Position numbers and translations under genes: made by a program | The notes under the pieces: model-generated | What the model saw: the letters and a program-made list of their open reading frames with translations, nothing else | The model's database searches: none | What the model was told of the DNA's origin: nothing | Shown: positions 61,438-64,000 of the stretch, in pieces | How positions within the stretch are numbered: position 1 is the stretch's first letter | Layout of the letters: every line of letters begins with the position of its first letter | DNA from: Camelus ferus | Taxonomy: Eukaryota | Direction: 5' to 3' | Assembly: GCF_009834535.1 (NCBI RefSeq) | Contig: NC_045698.1 | Location: 104,718,001 to 104,782,000 of the forward strand | Length of the DNA stretch: 64,000 bases

Positions 61438-61696
61438 TATGACTGAAACATTACGCTGCACACCAGAAATTGACACACTGTAAACTGACTATGTTTCAAT
61501 TTTAAAAAGAATGGGAAAGAAAAATACAGTCGCCTCCAGTCCTCATGACTCCCATGGGACTCATGGATGACTCCCTTGTTTACCTGCTTCTATAAAACCT
61601 TTCTTTCCTTTTCTTTGAGATGTTCTTTGTTAATGAATATTCTCCTTACTGAAATAGCCTGAATAAAATCATCTTAATTGTCCAATGCAAAAAAAA
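61438..61696 (+). mobile_element. Composite: short L1 3' tail + ERV1-type LTR 3' fragment (MER34/39-like) + AATAAA + A8
   Basis: GACTGAAACATTACGCTGCACACCAGAAATTGACAC (L1). CTTTGAGATGTTCTTT...AATAGCCTGAATAAAATC (LTR). AATAAA at 61662-61667; A8 at 61689-61696. Confidence 0.65.
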
Positions 61697-61970
61697 GGCT
61701 CATTATGTTCAAAGTGTCCTTTCACATTATGATGGATACGATATATGCATTCCATATATACATTTTGACTTAAAAATAAGGTTTCAATAATAGCTATCCC
61801 TTTTCCAAGGCAGCATGCTAAGCTCTGCATGCATTTAATTTCATTTAACGTAAACTTAATGAGATGCTGCTGCATAGAGATAATATTTAAGACAGACATG
61901 TGAGACTATCATTCAGAAAAAAAATCTATAGATGTTTCTTTAGAGGATCGTAAAGATGGAAGAACTCTTT

Positions 61971-63170
61971 AAGACTATGTCAAGTAGCTTACTGCCTATG
62001 TTTCCTTCTAGAAAACTTTGAAGTCTTTAATACATTTTGAGTTAATTTTTTTGTGTGTGGTCTAAGACAGTGGTCTAGTTTCATTCTGTTGCATGGGTTG
62101 CCCAGTTTTCCCAATGCATTTATTGAAGAGACTGTTCTTTCCCCAAGTGAATATTCTTGCCTCCTTTGTTGTAAATCAATTAACCATATATGCACAGGTT
62201 TATTTCTGGGTTCTCTATCCTGTTCCATTGATCTGTGTCTGTTTTGTAACATAGCTTGATTGGTATGGCTTTGTAATATAGTTTGAAATCAAGGAGCATG
62301 ATGACTCCAGATTTGTTCTTCTCTCTCAAGACTGCTTTGGCTATTTGGGGTCTTTTGCAGTTTCAAGCAAATTTTAGGATTGTTTGTTTCATTTCTGTAA
62401 AAAAGAAAAATGCTGTTGGAGTTTTGATAGGGATTTCACTGAATCTGTAGATTGCTTTGGGCAATATGGATTTTTGTTTATTGAGGTATAGTCAGTTTAC
62501 AATATTGTGTCAATTTCTGGTGTACAGCACAATTCTTCAGTCATACATGAATATACATATATTCATTTTCATATTCTAATATGGACATTTTAATAACATG
62601 AATTCTTCCAAATCAAGAGCACAGAATATTTTTCCATTTATTTGTGTCTTCCTGAATTTCTTTCACCAGTGACGTAGTTTTCAGTGTACAAGTCTTTCAC
62701 CTCCTCGGTTAAATTTAATCAAAGGTATCTTATTCTTTTTGATACAACTTGTGAACAGGATTGTCTTCTTAATTTCTCGTTCTGATAGTTTGCTGTTAAG
62801 TGTATAGAAATGCAACCAATTTTTATATATTATTTTGTACTCTGCCACTTTACTGAGTTCATTTATTCTAACAGTTTTTTAATGGTATATTTAAGGTTTT
62901 CTATAAAAAATCATGTTATCCACAAATAGTGACAGNNNNNNNNNNNNNNNNNNNNNNNNNNNNNNNNNNNNNNNNNNNNNNNNNNNNNNNNNNNNNNNNN
63001 NNNNNNNNNNNNNNNNNNNNNNNNNNNNNNNNNNNNNNNNNNNNNNNNNNNNNNNNNNNNNNNNNNNNNNNNNNNNNNNNNNCTTTTCCCCATGGAGTAT
63101 GATGTTTTCTGTGAGCTTGTCATATATGGCCTTGATTATGTTGAGGTACATTCCCTCTGTACCCACTTTG
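61971..63170 (-). mobile_element. L1 ORF2 (RT to C-terminal region), inverted arm; decayed
   Basis: The minus-strand translation KVGTEGMYLNIIKAIYDKLTENIILHGEK...LSLFVDNMIFY is L1 reverse transcriptase. RMKLDH..PHTKK..Q near 62050 is downstream ORF2. Confidence 0.95.
62471..62577 (-). mobile_element. 107-bp young L1 3' end nested in the older L1, with TSD
   Basis: TTTTTGTTTATTGAGGTATAGTCAGTTTACAATATTGTGTCAATTTCTGGTGTACAGC. TSD AATATGGA at 62463-62470 and 62578-62585. Confidence 0.85.
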
Positions 63171-64000
63171 CATAAAACTCCTAGAAGAAAACATAGGTGG
63201 CAAGCTACTTGACATTGACCTTGGCAATAAATTTTTGGATCTGACTCCAAAAGCAAAATAAACAAAAACAAAAGTAAACAAGTGGGACTACGTCAAAGTA
63301 AAAAGATTCCGCACAGCAAAGGAAACCATCAACAAGATGAAAAGACAACCTACTGAATGGGAGAAAATTTTTGCAAATCATATATCTGATAAGGGTAACC
63401 CCTTATATGTATATATACCCAAAAATATATAAAGAATTCGTGTAATAACCAAACAATCCAATTTTAAAAATGATNNNNNNNNNNNNNNNNNNNNNNNNNN
63501 NNNNNNNNNNNNNNNNNNNNNNNNNNNNNNNNNNNNNNNNNNNNNNNNNNNNNNNNNNNNNNNNNNNNNNNNNNNNNNNNNNNNNNNNNNNNNNNNNNNN
63601 NNNNNNNNNNNNNNNNNNNNNNNNNNNNNNNNNNNNNNNNNNNNNNNNNNNNNNNNNNNNNNNNNNNNNNNNNNNNNNNNNNNNNNNNNNNNNNNNNNNN
63701 NNNNNNNNNNNNNNNNNNNNNNNNNNNNNNNNNNNNNNCCTCAAAAATTAAAAATACAACTACCATATGATTCAGCTATTCCACGTCTGGATATTTATTT
63801 GAAGAAAATAAAAACACTAATTCAAAAAGGTACGTGCACCCCCATATTCACTGCAGCATTATTTACAATAGCCAAGATAAGGAAGCAACCTAAGTGTACA
63901 GCAATGAATGAATGGATAAAGAAGGTGTTGCATATATCCATATTCATATATCTGTATATATAAATGGAATACCATGCCACCATAAAAAAGAATGAAATCT
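63171..64000 (+). mobile_element. L1 ORF2 C-terminus/3' region, sense arm (runs off the window)
   Basis: ATAAAACTCCTAGAAGAAAACATAGG (IKLLEENIG), GAATGGGAGAAAATTTTTGCAAATCAT, GCAGCATTATTTACAATAGCCAAG. Confidence 0.95.

Larger units (their letters stand above)
7604..63738. other. Eight N-runs (7604-7748, 14268-14449, 14492-14623, 54297-54497, 54557-54698, 54766-54913, 62936-63082, 63475-63738), all inside L1 elements
   Basis: Read directly; every run is flanked by L1 sequence. Confidence 0.95.

Noticed and set aside
14231-63766. ORFs containing long X runs
   Set aside because: These are artefacts of translating N-masked bases. Only the L1 ORF2 pieces near 62-63 kb are meaningful.
1-64000. CRISPR arrays, operons, defence systems, tRNA/rRNA/snRNA genes, CpG island
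   Set aside because: None seen. The sequence is mammalian repeat-rich DNA with no regularly spaced repeat-spacer array or recognisable structural RNA.

Overview
This is AT-rich, CpG-depleted mammalian non-coding DNA, either intergenic or deep intron. The youngest L1 3' ends (e.g. ...GAGTTATAGTCATTTTACAATGTTGTGTCAAATTCC...) look like camelid L1s, so alpaca, llama or camel is likely; that assignment is from memory, not a search. I recognise no protein-coding gene, RNA gene, CpG island, CRISPR array or prokaryotic system. The only recognisable protein sequence is decayed L1 ORF2 at about 62-64 kb. A large part of the window is transposon fossil: many MIR and L2 fragments, L3/CR1, old L1M/L1ME, MaLR and ERVL LTRs, hAT MITEs, and several young 5'-truncated L1s with readable target-site duplications (TSDs). 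Repeat family names come from recalled consensus sequences, and boundaries of old repeats are approximate (tens of bp). The best second-look items are: (1) a probable retrotransposed chimeric transcript (L1 tail + LTR fragment + AATAAA + A8) at 61.3-61.7 kb; (2) a CTCF site with its upstream module at 5335-5366, about 300 bp from a four-tetrad G4 motif; (3) a twin-priming-type inverted L1 at 62-64 kb; (4) an exact 26-bp inverted match between two ancient MaLR LTRs; (5) several unverified candidate small exons. I found no convincing evidence of a novel biological system.
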